Source: Spirochaetia bacterium
GTDB taxonomy: Bacteria; Spirochaetota; Spirochaetia; CADAEX01
NCBI GenBank assembly: GCA_963662795.1
Contig: OY759746.1
Coordinates: 3,328,001 to 3,392,000, forward strand
Direction of reading: 5' to 3'
Length of the DNA stretch: 64,000 nt
Shown here: piece by piece, positions 9,756-20,158 of the stretch
Layout: the number at the start of each line of letters is the position of its first letter
Position numbering within the stretch: the first letter of the stretch is position 1
The notes under the pieces: generated by a model
What the model was told of the DNA's origin: nothing
Seen by the model: only the letters and a program-made list of their open reading frames with translations
Database searches by the model: none
Translations under genes and position numbers: made by a program

Positions 9756-10352
9756 ATGAAAAAAATAACTTTTATATCTATATTTCTGATTCTTATAGTT
9801 CCTGCCCTGATTTTTTCAGATTCTGCGTCGGAAAATCAGAAACGGGGGTTTTCATACTTTTTTTCATATCCAGTTCTAATGCTGGATGATGAAGACCTGC
9901 CGTTTATATATGGCTTCGGGGCTGGAATGAACATTGATTTCGGAGGAAAAATACCGGTACTCAATTTGACCGGCATAGAATATTCTGCCAGCTACAGTCT
10001 CCTTGATTTTGATGATTATTATCACTATTTCTCTACCGGTCTCGGTTATTATATAAGATCATCCTTTGCAATACCGGTAAATGTCGGATTCAGATTTGGA
10101 GCAGGAGCAGGATGGGTCATCGAAACAGCGGCCGGTACAGATACAGATAATAACCGCAGAATGAACGGATTATATACTTCGTTTTCACCATTTATGGAAA
10201 TCAGGACACAGAGACACTTTTATTTTGTTGCAGGTTTTGAAGCGAGGGAACAAAACGTCTCCCAGTCTGATAATGAAAGCAGTGAAGACGGGAAAGACGA
10301 TGACAATGCCCACATTGATATAATATATTTAAGGGTCGGGTACAGGTATTGA
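9756..10352 (+). CDS. Putative small outer-membrane beta-barrel protein
   Basis: Signal peptide; alternating Gly/aromatic strands; ends LRVGYRY. Confidence 0.6.
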   Translation: MKKITFISIFLILIVPALIFSDSASENQKRGFSYFFSYPVLMLDDEDLPFIYGFGAGMNIDFGGKIPVLNLTGIEYSASYSLLDFDDYYHYFSTGLGYYIRSSFAIPVNVGFRFGAGAGWVIETAAGTDTDNNRRMNGLYTSFSPFMEIRTQRHFYFVAGFEAREQNVSQSDNESSEDGKDDDNAHIDIIYLRVGYRY

Positions 10353-11752
10353 TGGATATGACATTTAATCAGGCGGGAAAAAAATATATGAATTATCCGG
10401 TAAAAAGATTTTTACTTGTTTTTTTATTTTTTGTGATTTTTTCATCTGTGCTTTCGGCCCAGGAAGAGGTTAAGTCGCTTAAATGGAAAGCAGTAGAGGG
10501 TGCATCGTATTATCTTGTAGAGATAAAAAAAGGGGAAAGGCTTGTCCAGAAGACTGAGACAGAAGATACTTTTATTCCTCTTGACCTTACGCAGGGAGAA
10601 TATCTATACAAAATATCAATATTCAACAAATTCAGAAAACTTATTGCAGAGTCAGACTGGCGGAATCTGTCAATTGAAAAGGAAATTCAGCCTTTTATAA
10701 GAAAAATCGAGCCTGAAATTGTTTATCTGTCTGATAAACCAGTCATACTCAGGGTTTTAGCCGATAACATCAAAGACAGTTCAGTCTTTACCCTTTCGGA
10801 AGGAGATAAAGCTGTTCAGGGAAATATAACTGCATCTGAAGATAATCTTTATACTGTTGAATTCAGTCCGGAAAAACTTGAACCCGGAAAATACGAAATA
10901 ACAGTACATAACAGGGAAGGCCTTAAGGATGTTTTTATAAATACTGTTGAAATAAGACTTTCTGTCAAACCTGTAATAGATGCTTTGGACAGAAAACAGC
11001 TTGAAAACGGATATGTCTACAGTGATATAATCATAAAGGGTAAAGGATTTGATTCAGGAATCATCCTTGAATTCAGAAACCGGGATACGGTTGTCAGACC
11101 TTCTTCCCTTGTTCTTGAATCGCCTGAAAAAATGACTGCTATTTTAGACCTCACATCTGCTCCGGCAGGAACCTATTCAGTATATGCTGAAAATCCTTCA
11201 GGTTTATCGGAATTATACCGCAGCAGACTTGAAGTGGTTGAACGAACAGACCTTGCGGCTGAGATTGAATCTCTCAAGGTTAAGAACGACCTTTTTACAA
11301 TACACAGCGGATTTTCCTACGGATATCTGCTGAACAACTATTCCGACTACCATAACTACAACTACTGGGGATATTCAACAAGGCTTCAGCTTGATTTTAA
11401 CAATGGTCTTTTTGACAAATATATCTGGCTTTCACCTTTCGGGGCGGAATTTGAATTTGACTATTACCCTAAGGATGTAGAATTCCGTGAACTTGGAATA
11501 AATATTTATTATAAAAGCCGCTTTAAAGAGCCTGTGAATTTTATAATAAGGGGCGGGGCAGGATTAAGCATGTTTGATGACGGGGATAATGGGCCTGGAG
11601 ACGGCCGTTATATGCAGGGAACTTTTGGCCTTGCTGTGAAAATCCTCCGGTATCTTTATTTCGATGTCTCGGCAGGCCCTAAAATCTGGATCGTTGATAC
11701 TAATTACATGAATTACTTAATCAGTACTTTTACTGCCGGGTATACATTCTAG
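10349..11752 (+). CDS. Putative outer-membrane protein with FN3/IPT-like domains and C-terminal beta-barrel
   Basis: Signal peptide; 'LKW.AVEGA..Y.VEI', two 'G.Y...V.N..G' Ig-like repeats; ends TAGYTF. Confidence 0.6.
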   Translation: MMDMTFNQAGKKYMNYPVKRFLLVFLFFVIFSSVLSAQEEVKSLKWKAVEGASYYLVEIKKGERLVQKTETEDTFIPLDLTQGEYLYKISIFNKFRKLIAESDWRNLSIEKEIQPFIRKIEPEIVYLSDKPVILRVLADNIKDSSVFTLSEGDKAVQGNITASEDNLYTVEFSPEKLEPGKYEITVHNREGLKDVFINTVEIRLSVKPVIDALDRKQLENGYVYSDIIIKGKGFDSGIILEFRNRDTVVRPSSLVLESPEKMTAILDLTSAPAGTYSVYAENPSGLSELYRSRLEVVERTDLAAEIESLKVKNDLFTIHSGFSYGYLLNNYSDYHNYNYWGYSTRLQLDFNNGLFDKYIWLSPFGAEFEFDYYPKDVEFRELGINIYYKSRFKEPVNFIIRGGAGLSMFDDGDNGPGDGRYMQGTFGLAVKILRYLYFDVSAGPKIWIVDTNYMNYLISTFTAGYTF

Positions 11753-11763
11753 GGCATAAATTG

Positions 11764-12873
11764 CTATTTTTCAAACCTGAAACATTTAAGCTCATTTATA
11801 GTCTGCGGTGCTGACTGTGAATTGTATAATCCGGAATCAGGATATCCGTCTCTGTTTATTTTCATAATATTTATATAGGAAGAAGGCGCTGTCCCGGATG
11901 AGAATACAAGAAATTCGCCGAACGGATCTGCCTCCATTGCCTGAAAATCCGTTATTGACGCTGTGGGGAAATTTTTAATTATACCGTCCACATTTCCGTC
12001 GCTGTAAATTTTAAGGCAGAAGATGTTAGGTTCCGCATTGTGTGCAAAATAAAGCATTTCTTCAGGTTTATTAAAGGAAACAAATCTGTTTCCGCCTGGT
12101 ATTATGTTCACAAAATTTCTTACAGTATTAATTTCTCCGCTGTCAATTCCAAAATTATAGACATAAATACCTATATACGGGGGAGGCGATATACTGTCTC
12201 TGAATATGCAGATCCTGTCATAAGCTGTGACTGCAGTCGGGTTTGATTCAAGTCCCCCCAGTATAGTTGAAGAATTATAGCTTCCGTCAGGATTGATATC
12301 AGTTCTGTACCATGAACCCGTAGGTACGGAGTAAAACATGAATGCACTGTAATTAATGCTTTTGGCAGTCGTAACTGTAGATGGGAGGGTTACGGGATAT
12401 CCTCCAAGAACTGTAAGGGTTCCTGATGCCTGTGAATAACTGTACCCATAAAAATTGTTACTTGTATCATATAAGGCAAATATATAGTTATTGATGTCTG
12501 TGAATATTATTTCATTAATACTTATACCGGGTAAAGGAAGGACAGGATAACCAGGCAGGTCCGAGAGGGATCCGTCTCCGTTTATGTTAAAACCGTAGAT
12601 GCTGTCCCCGGAGGCCGCAAAAAGCCTTTGATTTGTCTTATCGATTATTATACTGCCTACATTCCCTGCAAGAGACCTTTGTAGAATTTTAACGAGCGAG
12701 CCGTTTTCCGGGTCAAGCTTAAATGCCAGTATATCTGTACTGCCTCCGGCATACACAAAAAGCGGGCCGTAATCATTGAATCCGCCAATATCGCTGAAAT
12801 TTCCTATTTTGCAGGAAGTAAACAGGAAAAGAGGCAATGCTGACAGCATGATGGTCAGTTGTTTAATCTTCAT
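11764..12873 (-). CDS. Lipoprotein, lactonase-like beta-propeller
   Basis: Lipobox FTSC; repeats 'AFKLDPENGSL', 'GFNINGDGSL..LPGYP', 'ADPFGEFL'. Confidence 0.65.
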   Translation of the reverse strand: MKIKQLTIMLSALPLFLFTSCKIGNFSDIGGFNDYGPLFVYAGGSTDILAFKLDPENGSLVKILQRSLAGNVGSIIIDKTNQRLFAASGDSIYGFNINGDGSLSDLPGYPVLPLPGISINEIIFTDINNYIFALYDTSNNFYGYSYSQASGTLTVLGGYPVTLPSTVTTAKSINYSAFMFYSVPTGSWYRTDINPDGSYNSSTILGGLESNPTAVTAYDRICIFRDSISPPPYIGIYVYNFGIDSGEINTVRNFVNIIPGGNRFVSFNKPEEMLYFAHNAEPNIFCLKIYSDGNVDGIIKNFPTASITDFQAMEADPFGEFLVFSSGTAPSSYINIMKINRDGYPDSGLYNSQSAPQTINELKCFRFEK

Positions 12874-12975
12874 ACAAATAATATTATATATTTATCCCGA
12901 TTTTATATCAACTTTTATAATTTCATATCATGCTGCCCTTTAGAATATGGATTAAACAGCCGTAATTATGAATGT

Positions 12976-13419
12976 ATGAACCTCACTTCAAGAATTATTG
13001 CGGCTTCCTATATTATGGTTATTGTTTACCTTTCCCTCTCTTTCATTTACGGGCGGACAGGCCTCCTTTCAACAGAAGAGCTTGGACTGTACCGGCAGAA
13101 ACTGTATACAAACATTAATGAGCTTAAAAAAATAAACAGGGATTTTTCAAAGAAACTCCAGCCGCTTAATACGATGGAAAATATAAAACTCAGGGCAAGA
13201 GAAATGGGGTATATTTCTTCCAATGAGAGAAAAATATTTCTTGAAGGAATTGAAAGACCGGATATATATCATTCGCTGGGTACAATAATTTTCAGACATG
13301 ATTCAAATCAGGATAACAGTCAGATAATCAGATCAGTGAGTCTTATTTTTTCATTGTTATTTTACATTTTTTCCAGTATAGTATTAACCGGAAGAAATGG
13401 TATTAAAAAAATCAGATAA
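12976..13419 (+). CDS. Septum formation initiator family protein (FtsB/DivIC-like)
   Basis: TM then 'YG..GL', coiled coil, 'AREMGYI..NE'; start moved to ATG 12976. Confidence 0.7.
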   Translation: MNLTSRIIAASYIMVIVYLSLSFIYGRTGLLSTEELGLYRQKLYTNINELKKINRDFSKKLQPLNTMENIKLRAREMGYISSNERKIFLEGIERPDIYHSLGTIIFRHDSNQDNSQIIRSVSLIFSLLFYIFSSIVLTGRNGIKKIR

Positions 13420-13963
13420 TGATATAATAATAAAAATAACAGAAAATCTCAAAAATAACGGTGTTGCAATAATGCCATGCGATACCATTTACGGCATTGT
13501 CGGTATTCCGGGTACTGCTGAAGTCCGGATAAGGGAAATAAAGGGAAGGGGAGAAAACAAACCGTTTATTAAACTGATATCTTCAGCAGACTATATTAAA
13601 AGTATTTCTTACGATAATTTGGACAATCGCATACTTTCCCTGTGGCCAGGGCCTCTGACAGTCATTATCGAAGCTGGTAACGGGGAAACTGAGGCCTTAA
13701 GAGTTCCTCAGGACAGCTTTCTGCTTGAGATATTATCACTTCTTGGAAAACCTCTTGTTTCAACAAGCGTTAACAGAAGCGGAAATCCTGCAATGAATAA
13801 TATTGCAGAAATAATTAAAAATTTCGGGAAGTCAGTTGATTTGATTATTGACGGAGGCGATATGAGAGAATCTGTGCCTTCAACAATTGTTGATTTAACA
13901 TCAAAACCCTATAGAATACTCAGGCAGGGAAAATGTGTTGTTCCTGCTGAATTTCTGGTATAG
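13397..13963 (+). CDS. tsaC: L-threonylcarbamoyladenylate synthase (Sua5/YrdC/TsaC)
   Basis: P.DTIYG, KGR..KP, WPGPLT, STSVN.SG, PSTIVD, ILRQG. Confidence 0.92.
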   Translation: MVLKKSDNDIIIKITENLKNNGVAIMPCDTIYGIVGIPGTAEVRIREIKGRGENKPFIKLISSADYIKSISYDNLDNRILSLWPGPLTVIIEAGNGETEALRVPQDSFLLEILSLLGKPLVSTSVNRSGNPAMNNIAEIIKNFGKSVDLIIDGGDMRESVPSTIVDLTSKPYRILRQGKCVVPAEFLV

Positions 13964-13968
13964 CCTTA

Positions 13969-15000
13969 ATGATTCAGAAAAAGAACAAGCTGATTTACTT
14001 CAATTTTGCAGAACTTTTACCTGAAGACAACTATTTTTTTAATCATTTTGAAAAGGACTGCCTTGCATCAGGCCATGACAGGGCCCTTATCAACTGGGGA
14101 GGGAGTTTTCCCTGGAATTTTGATGATAGACTTTCACTTGTCGAACACATTCATGAAAAAACTATTACAGCGCTAAGCGGCAGAATGAAAAACAGCATTT
14201 TTTCCATACTGCCGGTTTTCCCTCTTATCGGAGGTATGGATTTCCTTCTTTCCTTTCCTTCATATTGTCACTTGCGGCTTGACGAATACTGCAGTGCTCT
14301 TAATATTGAATCAGCCGGCGCATTATTACTGCTTAATGAAATAATAGATGATTATACAAGCCTTGCCTGCAATACTGATGAAGCTGCATTTAATCTGACG
14401 GCTGTATCTTCTCTTAAAAATGAAAAGAGAATTAATCAGACTGCAGATGTTATTTCATCAGTTTTAGTCAGTAATCCGCAGTTCAGGATCATCTATCTTG
14501 TCGGATATAAAAAAGACCTGATTTTGATTGAAAAAATCAAAAAAAATATTAACTTTAAGGATATGGCAGTACTTTTTATGAATGATTATCCGGAATATAT
14601 TAATTCCGGAAATATCGGAAAGGGCGATTTGACATCAGCAGAACCGGTTTTTTTTCTGCCGGATAATGTTAAACAGCTTATGGAAAGCTATAATCTTGAT
14701 ATTAAATATGCATGGGACCTGCTCAGATTTTTAAAGTCAGGTCTGTATAAAATCAAATACAGCCTGGCGATTCCCTATTATGAATTTTCAACCCTGTCTG
14801 TATGCAATAAAGAGCTTGTTGATCTTTTTTCAAAAATCGTCAAGACTACCGGGATTATTAAAAAGAATCTTGACGGCAGACTGAATAAGAATAATATTAA
14901 TCTCTATTTTGATTCTGCAACAGGAATTATAAAAAAAGAGATTATGCTGATAAAATACGATATTGAAAACATTAAATCAAAGATTAGGGGAGACTTTTGA
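13969..15000 (+). CDS. Hypothetical protein, possible degenerate GH20 (HexDC/GcnA-like) barrel
   Basis: LINWGGSFPW and PLIGGMDFLL..Y.HLR resemble GH20 LIEYEDMFPY / PLIQTFGHLEF.L..HLRE; no HxGxDE. Confidence 0.5.
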   Translation: MIQKKNKLIYFNFAELLPEDNYFFNHFEKDCLASGHDRALINWGGSFPWNFDDRLSLVEHIHEKTITALSGRMKNSIFSILPVFPLIGGMDFLLSFPSYCHLRLDEYCSALNIESAGALLLLNEIIDDYTSLACNTDEAAFNLTAVSSLKNEKRINQTADVISSVLVSNPQFRIIYLVGYKKDLILIEKIKKNINFKDMAVLFMNDYPEYINSGNIGKGDLTSAEPVFFLPDNVKQLMESYNLDIKYAWDLLRFLKSGLYKIKYSLAIPYYEFSTLSVCNKELVDLFSKIVKTTGIIKKNLDGRLNKNNINLYFDSATGIIKKEIMLIKYDIENIKSKIRGDF

Positions 15001-15002
15001 AA

Positions 15003-15977
15003 ATGAAACTTAATACCAGATATCTTGGACTTGATCTGAAAAATCCTGTTATTGTATCCAGTTCAAAACTTACAGGAAACCTGGAAAAAATTGCGGAGCT
15101 CGAGGAAAAAGGTGCGGCAGCTGTAGTTCTGAAATCGCTCTTTGAAGAGCAGATACTGCTTGATACACAGAATATGGTAGACAATGTTGATACATCTTAT
15201 CATGCGGAAGCATTCAACTATTTCTCACAGTCTGCGATCGGTCATTTTATGGACGAATATCTTTCACTGGTTGATGAAGCGGGGAAAAAAGTATCGATAC
15301 CTGTAATTCCAAGTATTAATTGCACTACAGACGGCACATGGATAGAATACGCCAAAAGATTTGAAAAAGTCGGTGCAAAGGCGCTTGAACTTAATATTTT
15401 TATACAGCCTCATGATCTTAGGAAAACATCTGCTGAGCTTGAAGAAACCTACCTGAGCATTATCAGAAAAATGAAATCTGCAGTTTCAATTCCTTTTGCA
15501 TTGAAAATCAGCACATATTTTACAGGGCTTGCAAATGTGATGAAAAAATTTTCTGATGAAGGGGCAGCCGGTCTTGTTCTTTTTAACAGGTATTACAGGG
15601 CTGATATTGATATTGATAACCTGAAAGTAATCGGCGGATCATTTATAAGTCATCCGAGTGAAATGCTTACATCACTGCAGTGGATTGCAATACTTGCAGG
15701 AAAAATTAATGCAAATCTTTCAGCTACTACCGGTATACACTCCTATAAAGATGCTGTGAAACTTCTCCTCGCAGGAGCTGATACTATTCAGCTCTGTTCT
15801 ACTATTTATAACAACGGAACGGAGCAGATACCGGAAATACTTAAAGGTATTGAAGGATGGATGAGAAAGCACAAATTCAAATCCATTGACGAATTCCGCG
15901 GATTGATGAGTGAGGAAAAAAGTACCGGCAATTATAAAAGGGCGCAGTTTATTAAGACACTTGTCGGTATTGAATAA
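15003..15977 (+). CDS. Dihydroorotate dehydrogenase-like flavoprotein
   Basis: YLGL.LKNP, VVLKSLFEEQI, ALELNI, GLVLFNR, ATTGIH, LLAGA. Confidence 0.9.
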   Translation: MKLNTRYLGLDLKNPVIVSSSKLTGNLEKIAELEEKGAAAVVLKSLFEEQILLDTQNMVDNVDTSYHAEAFNYFSQSAIGHFMDEYLSLVDEAGKKVSIPVIPSINCTTDGTWIEYAKRFEKVGAKALELNIFIQPHDLRKTSAELEETYLSIIRKMKSAVSIPFALKISTYFTGLANVMKKFSDEGAAGLVLFNRYYRADIDIDNLKVIGGSFISHPSEMLTSLQWIAILAGKINANLSATTGIHSYKDAVKLLLAGADTIQLCSTIYNNGTEQIPEILKGIEGWMRKHKFKSIDEFRGLMSEEKSTGNYKRAQFIKTLVGIE

Positions 15978-15996
15978 GGAATAATCCCGGTTGATT

Positions 15997-16054
15997 ATCA
16001 GGCCCGCCTTTTTTACTCAATTTATAATTGGCTTAAAAAGCGGGCTGATTTTTT
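15997..16054. terminator. Probable bidirectional intrinsic terminator
   Basis: ATCAGGCCCGC..TTTTTA / TAAAAAGCGGGCTGAT inverted repeat followed by a T run, between convergent genes. Confidence 0.65.
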
Positions 16055-16059
16055 AAACG

Positions 16060-16797
16060 CTACATCAGTCCTGTCTTTGAGAGGATTATTGCAAGTCCCG
16101 CGGCACAGGCCGTTTCTGTTTTTAATACTCTTTCTCCAATGCTGTAAAGATTGAAACCGTAATCATAAAGGGTCTGTCTTTCTTTTGCGCTCCATCCCCG
16201 TTCGCCGCCAACCGCGAGAACTATGTGGTTTTTATCTTTTTTATCTGTTTCCCGGAATTGCAGTGCACCAAGCGGCTTCTCTGCTTCGTAGTTATCCAGG
16301 GCGGCCCTGACTGTATACTTATCCGGAATATTTTTAAGGCATTCTGAAAATGACTGAAATAGTCTGACTTCAGGAATATCTGCGGCAAAAGCCTGGGATG
16401 CTCCTTCTATCAGATAATTTTTATAGTTTTCCTTTTTCCATAAAGAACTGTCCATATAGGATTTTTCCGATTTTTCAAGTACAGCGAGAAAGAGTGCGGT
16501 GATTCCGATAGTAGCAGAATTTTTCAGTATTTTTTTTGCTTCAGGAGGACGGGTTACTGCAGTTAAAAGGATAACAGGGTTTCTTTTAATACTTCTTGCT
16601 GTATATGTAAAAGTGAAAATAATTTCCCTTGTGTCAATGCTGTTTATAAGGGCCTTTCCTGTTCCGGTATTTATAACTCCTGCATCGAAACTTTCGCCGG
16701 AGGATAATTTAAGTATCTTTTTTATGTGAATCGCCCTGGCATCATTTAAAGGCAGCGGTACGTTAATTTCCTCTGGTGTAAATAGAATTATATTCAT
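16060..16797 (-). CDS. rsmE: 16S rRNA m3U1498 methyltransferase RsmE
   Basis: HI.KILK, GASQA, LAVGGERGWS, SIGERVLKTETA SPOUT motifs. Confidence 0.9.
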   Translation of the reverse strand: MNIILFTPEEINVPLPLNDARAIHIKKILKLSSGESFDAGVINTGTGKALINSIDTREIIFTFTYTARSIKRNPVILLTAVTRPPEAKKILKNSATIGITALFLAVLEKSEKSYMDSSLWKKENYKNYLIEGASQAFAADIPEVRLFQSFSECLKNIPDKYTVRAALDNYEAEKPLGALQFRETDKKDKNHIVLAVGGERGWSAKERQTLYDYGFNLYSIGERVLKTETACAAGLAIILSKTGLM

Positions 16798-16931
16798 TAA
16801 TTTTATAGTAATTTTATGTTAATATTATTTCAACCATGATTATCTTATAATTTATTGTGGTTGACTTGAAAAAGGGATAGAAATAGAATATTAAACTGCT
16901 TAGTAATTTAACAGGAGATTAATATATAATA

Positions 16932-18080
16932 ATGGATGACACAAGTATTGAGTTTCTGGATGAGTTTAAGGAAATTGAGCCTTACAGGGGCGAGGATTTT
17001 ACCGCAGCCCTTGTAAGACTGAAAAACAGCAGGTCGCTGATAAACAATCTGAGAAAAGCAGCTTTCCGCGATTCACTGTTCATATTTAATCCGCTGCTGA
17101 ATTTACTTATCAAAATGTTTGTAAAGTATCATCTTCGAAATGTAAAAACACCCTATGATTTCCAGAAAAGCATAATAAAAGCTGTAATCGGCAGGATGAT
17201 TGATAAAACTACTACAGAACTTACCTTCTCGGGACTTGAAAATCTTGATCCGAAGCAGAGATATTTGTTCATTTCCAATCACAGGGATATTGTTCTGGAT
17301 CCCGCTCTTGCCAATTTTGCGATGACGAAAAACAATATGCCTACTTTTGAAATTGCTTTCGGGGACAATCTTCTTGTTAATGATCTTGTGGCAGATCTTA
17401 TAAGAATAAATAAATCTTTTATTGTAAGGCGGAATCAGCAGCCGAGAGAACAGCTTAATTCAACAATTATTCTTTCCAAATATATCTGGTATACGCTCCA
17501 TGTAAATGATTCTGTATGGATTGCCCAGAGGGAAGGGCGTGCCAAAGACGGAGAAGATTTAACAAACCCTGCCCTGATAAAAATGTTTTTTCTTTCACAG
17601 AGAAAGGGCGGCCTTCCATTCAGCGAATTCATAAATCAGCTGAAAATTATCCCTATAGCGATTTCATATGAATACGATCCCTGTGATAAGCTCAAGGCAA
17701 GGGAACTTGACAGAAGGGAAACCAGGGACGGATATAAAAAAAGAAAGGGAGAGGATTTTCTAAGCATGGTACAGGGTATCCGTGATTTTAAAGGAAGGAT
17801 TCATCTATCATTCGGCGATGCTTTAACCGGAAACTGGGAAGACAGTAAAGATGTATCTGCTGCAATAGACCGGTTTATACACACAAATTACAGGCTTTGG
17901 CCGTCCAATTATCTCTCATGGGATATTCTCCACGAAAGTAACAGACATTCTTCACACTATGATGAAAAATATAAAGAAGCTTTTCTTAAAAGGTTTCACA
18001 GACTCCCGGAAAATGTAAAAAAACATGCGTTAAGCGCTTATGCCAAACCGGTTGAAAATGCTGAAAAATACAGATTTTAG
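16932..18080 (+). CDS. Glycerol-3-phosphate/lysophospholipid acyltransferase (LPLAT)
   Basis: FISNHRDIVLD (HxxxxD), GDNL, WIAQREGRAKDG, ISYEYDP. Confidence 0.9.
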   Translation: MDDTSIEFLDEFKEIEPYRGEDFTAALVRLKNSRSLINNLRKAAFRDSLFIFNPLLNLLIKMFVKYHLRNVKTPYDFQKSIIKAVIGRMIDKTTTELTFSGLENLDPKQRYLFISNHRDIVLDPALANFAMTKNNMPTFEIAFGDNLLVNDLVADLIRINKSFIVRRNQQPREQLNSTIILSKYIWYTLHVNDSVWIAQREGRAKDGEDLTNPALIKMFFLSQRKGGLPFSEFINQLKIIPIAISYEYDPCDKLKARELDRRETRDGYKKRKGEDFLSMVQGIRDFKGRIHLSFGDALTGNWEDSKDVSAAIDRFIHTNYRLWPSNYLSWDILHESNRHSSHYDEKYKEAFLKRFHRLPENVKKHALSAYAKPVENAEKYRF

Positions 18081-18732
18081 TATAGCAGGATTGCTTAATA
18101 TCATTTTCATTTCAGCGCTATTTCCCCTTGTTTTATCCTGCGCTGAAAACAGACCCGAAATAAACCAGATTTTCTGGCAGATAAACAAAATCCATAACCT
18201 TGATTCAGGAAAGTATTATGATACTCTTTCACTTTTTATTGAGGCACGGGATGAGGACGGTATTGAAGACCTTCAGACAATCTATCTTATAAATGACAGC
18301 GAAGAACTTTTCTGGAAAATTACGGAAGAGAACTGGATCCAAAAAACCGACGGGGAAGAAAACTGGTTCGGTTCAGGTTCAATAATAATGAATGATTTTT
18401 CATTTTTCCCTTCCGGGAAATACAGGGCCGTTGTAATTGATGAAGCAGGAGAAAGAGCGGAAACTTCTTTTACCATTGGCAAATATGAATCCGGGTTCCC
18501 TGAAGATAAATTCCCGGCAGCAGGAGTCAGGGGTAATACCCCGTATTATTCTCCGGGGACTGAAGCTCTCTGGTTTTATGATAAAGAGATGAAGCTTGTT
18601 AAAGAGGTTTCCGCAATTCGTTCAGATGCCAAAAATATCCAGATTCCTTCCAATGGGGAAGTTATGTTCGCATATAAATATGACAGAGCCAATGGATTCG
18701 GCCTTGTAACCGGGCCATATGGAATTAAATAG
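18058..18732 (+). CDS. Hypothetical lipoprotein
   Basis: Lipobox VLSC; 'D.DG.EDL', 'P.G.YR..VID.AG'; start uncertain. Confidence 0.65.
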   Translation: MLKNTDFSIAGLLNIIFISALFPLVLSCAENRPEINQIFWQINKIHNLDSGKYYDTLSLFIEARDEDGIEDLQTIYLINDSEELFWKITEENWIQKTDGEENWFGSGSIIMNDFSFFPSGKYRAVVIDEAGERAETSFTIGKYESGFPEDKFPAAGVRGNTPYYSPGTEALWFYDKEMKLVKEVSAIRSDAKNIQIPSNGEVMFAYKYDRANGFGLVTGPYGIK

Positions 18733-20086
18733 CCATGTTGATTTTTTTAAGATCTTCCTGCATTTCTTCTTTTTTAATTATATCAATCGGTCTGTTTTCG
18801 ATATAGGCAAGTGCGCTTCGTGTGAAATCAGATGCTGAAAATATTATCCCTTTAATGATATTCTGCTTTTTCATGTCTTCAATAAACACTCTTATATAAG
18901 ATTCATCGATAGGCTCGGGCAGACGGAAAAAGTTTATAAGAAGGGACTGTACCTTGATATTCCGCCATTTTCCGGAATTTTTATCTACGGCAACTATCTG
19001 ACAGCCGTTTTTTATAGGAACTATCTCCCTTTCCGCAAAACCCCGGACTTCAAGAATCTTTATGCATATTTCAATAAATTTGTCATTACCGGCAGTCAGA
19101 AAATCTTTCATTGAATCGTCTGTCCGGATTTCCTGATACTGGCTCAGTTTTTTTTCGACATCCTTGAATCCCGGTTTTTTTTCAAATATTGCTTCCCATT
19201 GATCAACCGCATTGATGATTTTTCTCTCTTTCTCATAACATGCGGCAAGAAAATATCTGGCATAAAGTATTTCATTATCAGAGCTGTCTTTTGATAATCT
19301 TACAGCCCTTTCAAGTTCCATAATCGCGGATTCGATTTTGCTGTTCATCATGTGGCAAATCCCTTTCTCAATTATTGATTTCATCTTGAGTTCAGGATCT
19401 TTCTGTGCTTTTTCAAAAGCCGTTATAGCTGCCGTGAAATTACGGCTGTCTTTGTTTATTTTTCCGATAAAAAAATGAGCCTGCATGTTGTTCACATTAT
19501 ATTTCAGGCATTCTTCAAATGATGATTTGGCCTGTGTGAGCTGTTTTGAGCTGTAATAAATTTTGCCCAGTTTGAAATGTGCTTTATCATTTCTTTTATC
19601 AAGTTCAACCGCTTTCTGGTAATAGGATATCGCATTGTCTATTTTTCCGCGTCCTTCGAAAAGTTCCCCGACTATATATTGATGGTTTGTGTTATATGGA
19701 TCTTTTTTAATAAGCAGAAGGAATTCTTTCAAGGCCTCTTCGTGCTGATTAAACTTCAGGAAAAGGTTCGCGATTGTTTCCCTGAAAGTGAATTCGTCAA
19801 TTATTCCGGTGAATCTGCCGAGTTCATTTACTTTTATGAATTCCAGAAGCGCCAGTTCCGGTTTTCCATCCATCTGAAATGCGGTTCCAAGCAGATAATG
19901 GAGTTCGGAATTGGCCTGATCCCTGATTAAAAGCTGTTTTATTGTTTTTATGGCTGAATTATATCTGCCGTTTCTGATAAGATTGTTGATTGAGGAGATT
20001 TTTCTTGGAACAAGGAGTGATTTAACCAATAATATGATAAAAATAAATATTACTATACCGACAATTGTAGTAGTGACAAGAAACAT
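18725..20086 (-). CDS. Membrane-anchored TPR protein with C-terminal Mrr-like domain
   Basis: N-terminal TM, many TPR repeats, C-terminal 'KGIIFSASDFT.SA......PI.II' typical of Mrr_cat. Confidence 0.8.
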   Translation of the reverse strand: MFLVTTTIVGIVIFIFIILLVKSLLVPRKISSINNLIRNGRYNSAIKTIKQLLIRDQANSELHYLLGTAFQMDGKPELALLEFIKVNELGRFTGIIDEFTFRETIANLFLKFNQHEEALKEFLLLIKKDPYNTNHQYIVGELFEGRGKIDNAISYYQKAVELDKRNDKAHFKLGKIYYSSKQLTQAKSSFEECLKYNVNNMQAHFFIGKINKDSRNFTAAITAFEKAQKDPELKMKSIIEKGICHMMNSKIESAIMELERAVRLSKDSSDNEILYARYFLAACYEKERKIINAVDQWEAIFEKKPGFKDVEKKLSQYQEIRTDDSMKDFLTAGNDKFIEICIKILEVRGFAEREIVPIKNGCQIVAVDKNSGKWRNIKVQSLLINFFRLPEPIDESYIRVFIEDMKKQNIIKGIIFSASDFTRSALAYIENRPIDIIKKEEMQEDLKKINMAI

Positions 20087-20158
20087 GAAAATCTCCTATT
20101 GTTTATAGATTAAATATATTTTCTTATGCTGTCAAATATAATATCCTGTGGTATGTAT

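Noticed and set aside
12859-12975. Long N terminus of the FtsB-like ORF
   Set aside because: Overlaps the divergent gene start and promoter region; ATG 12976 fits the family
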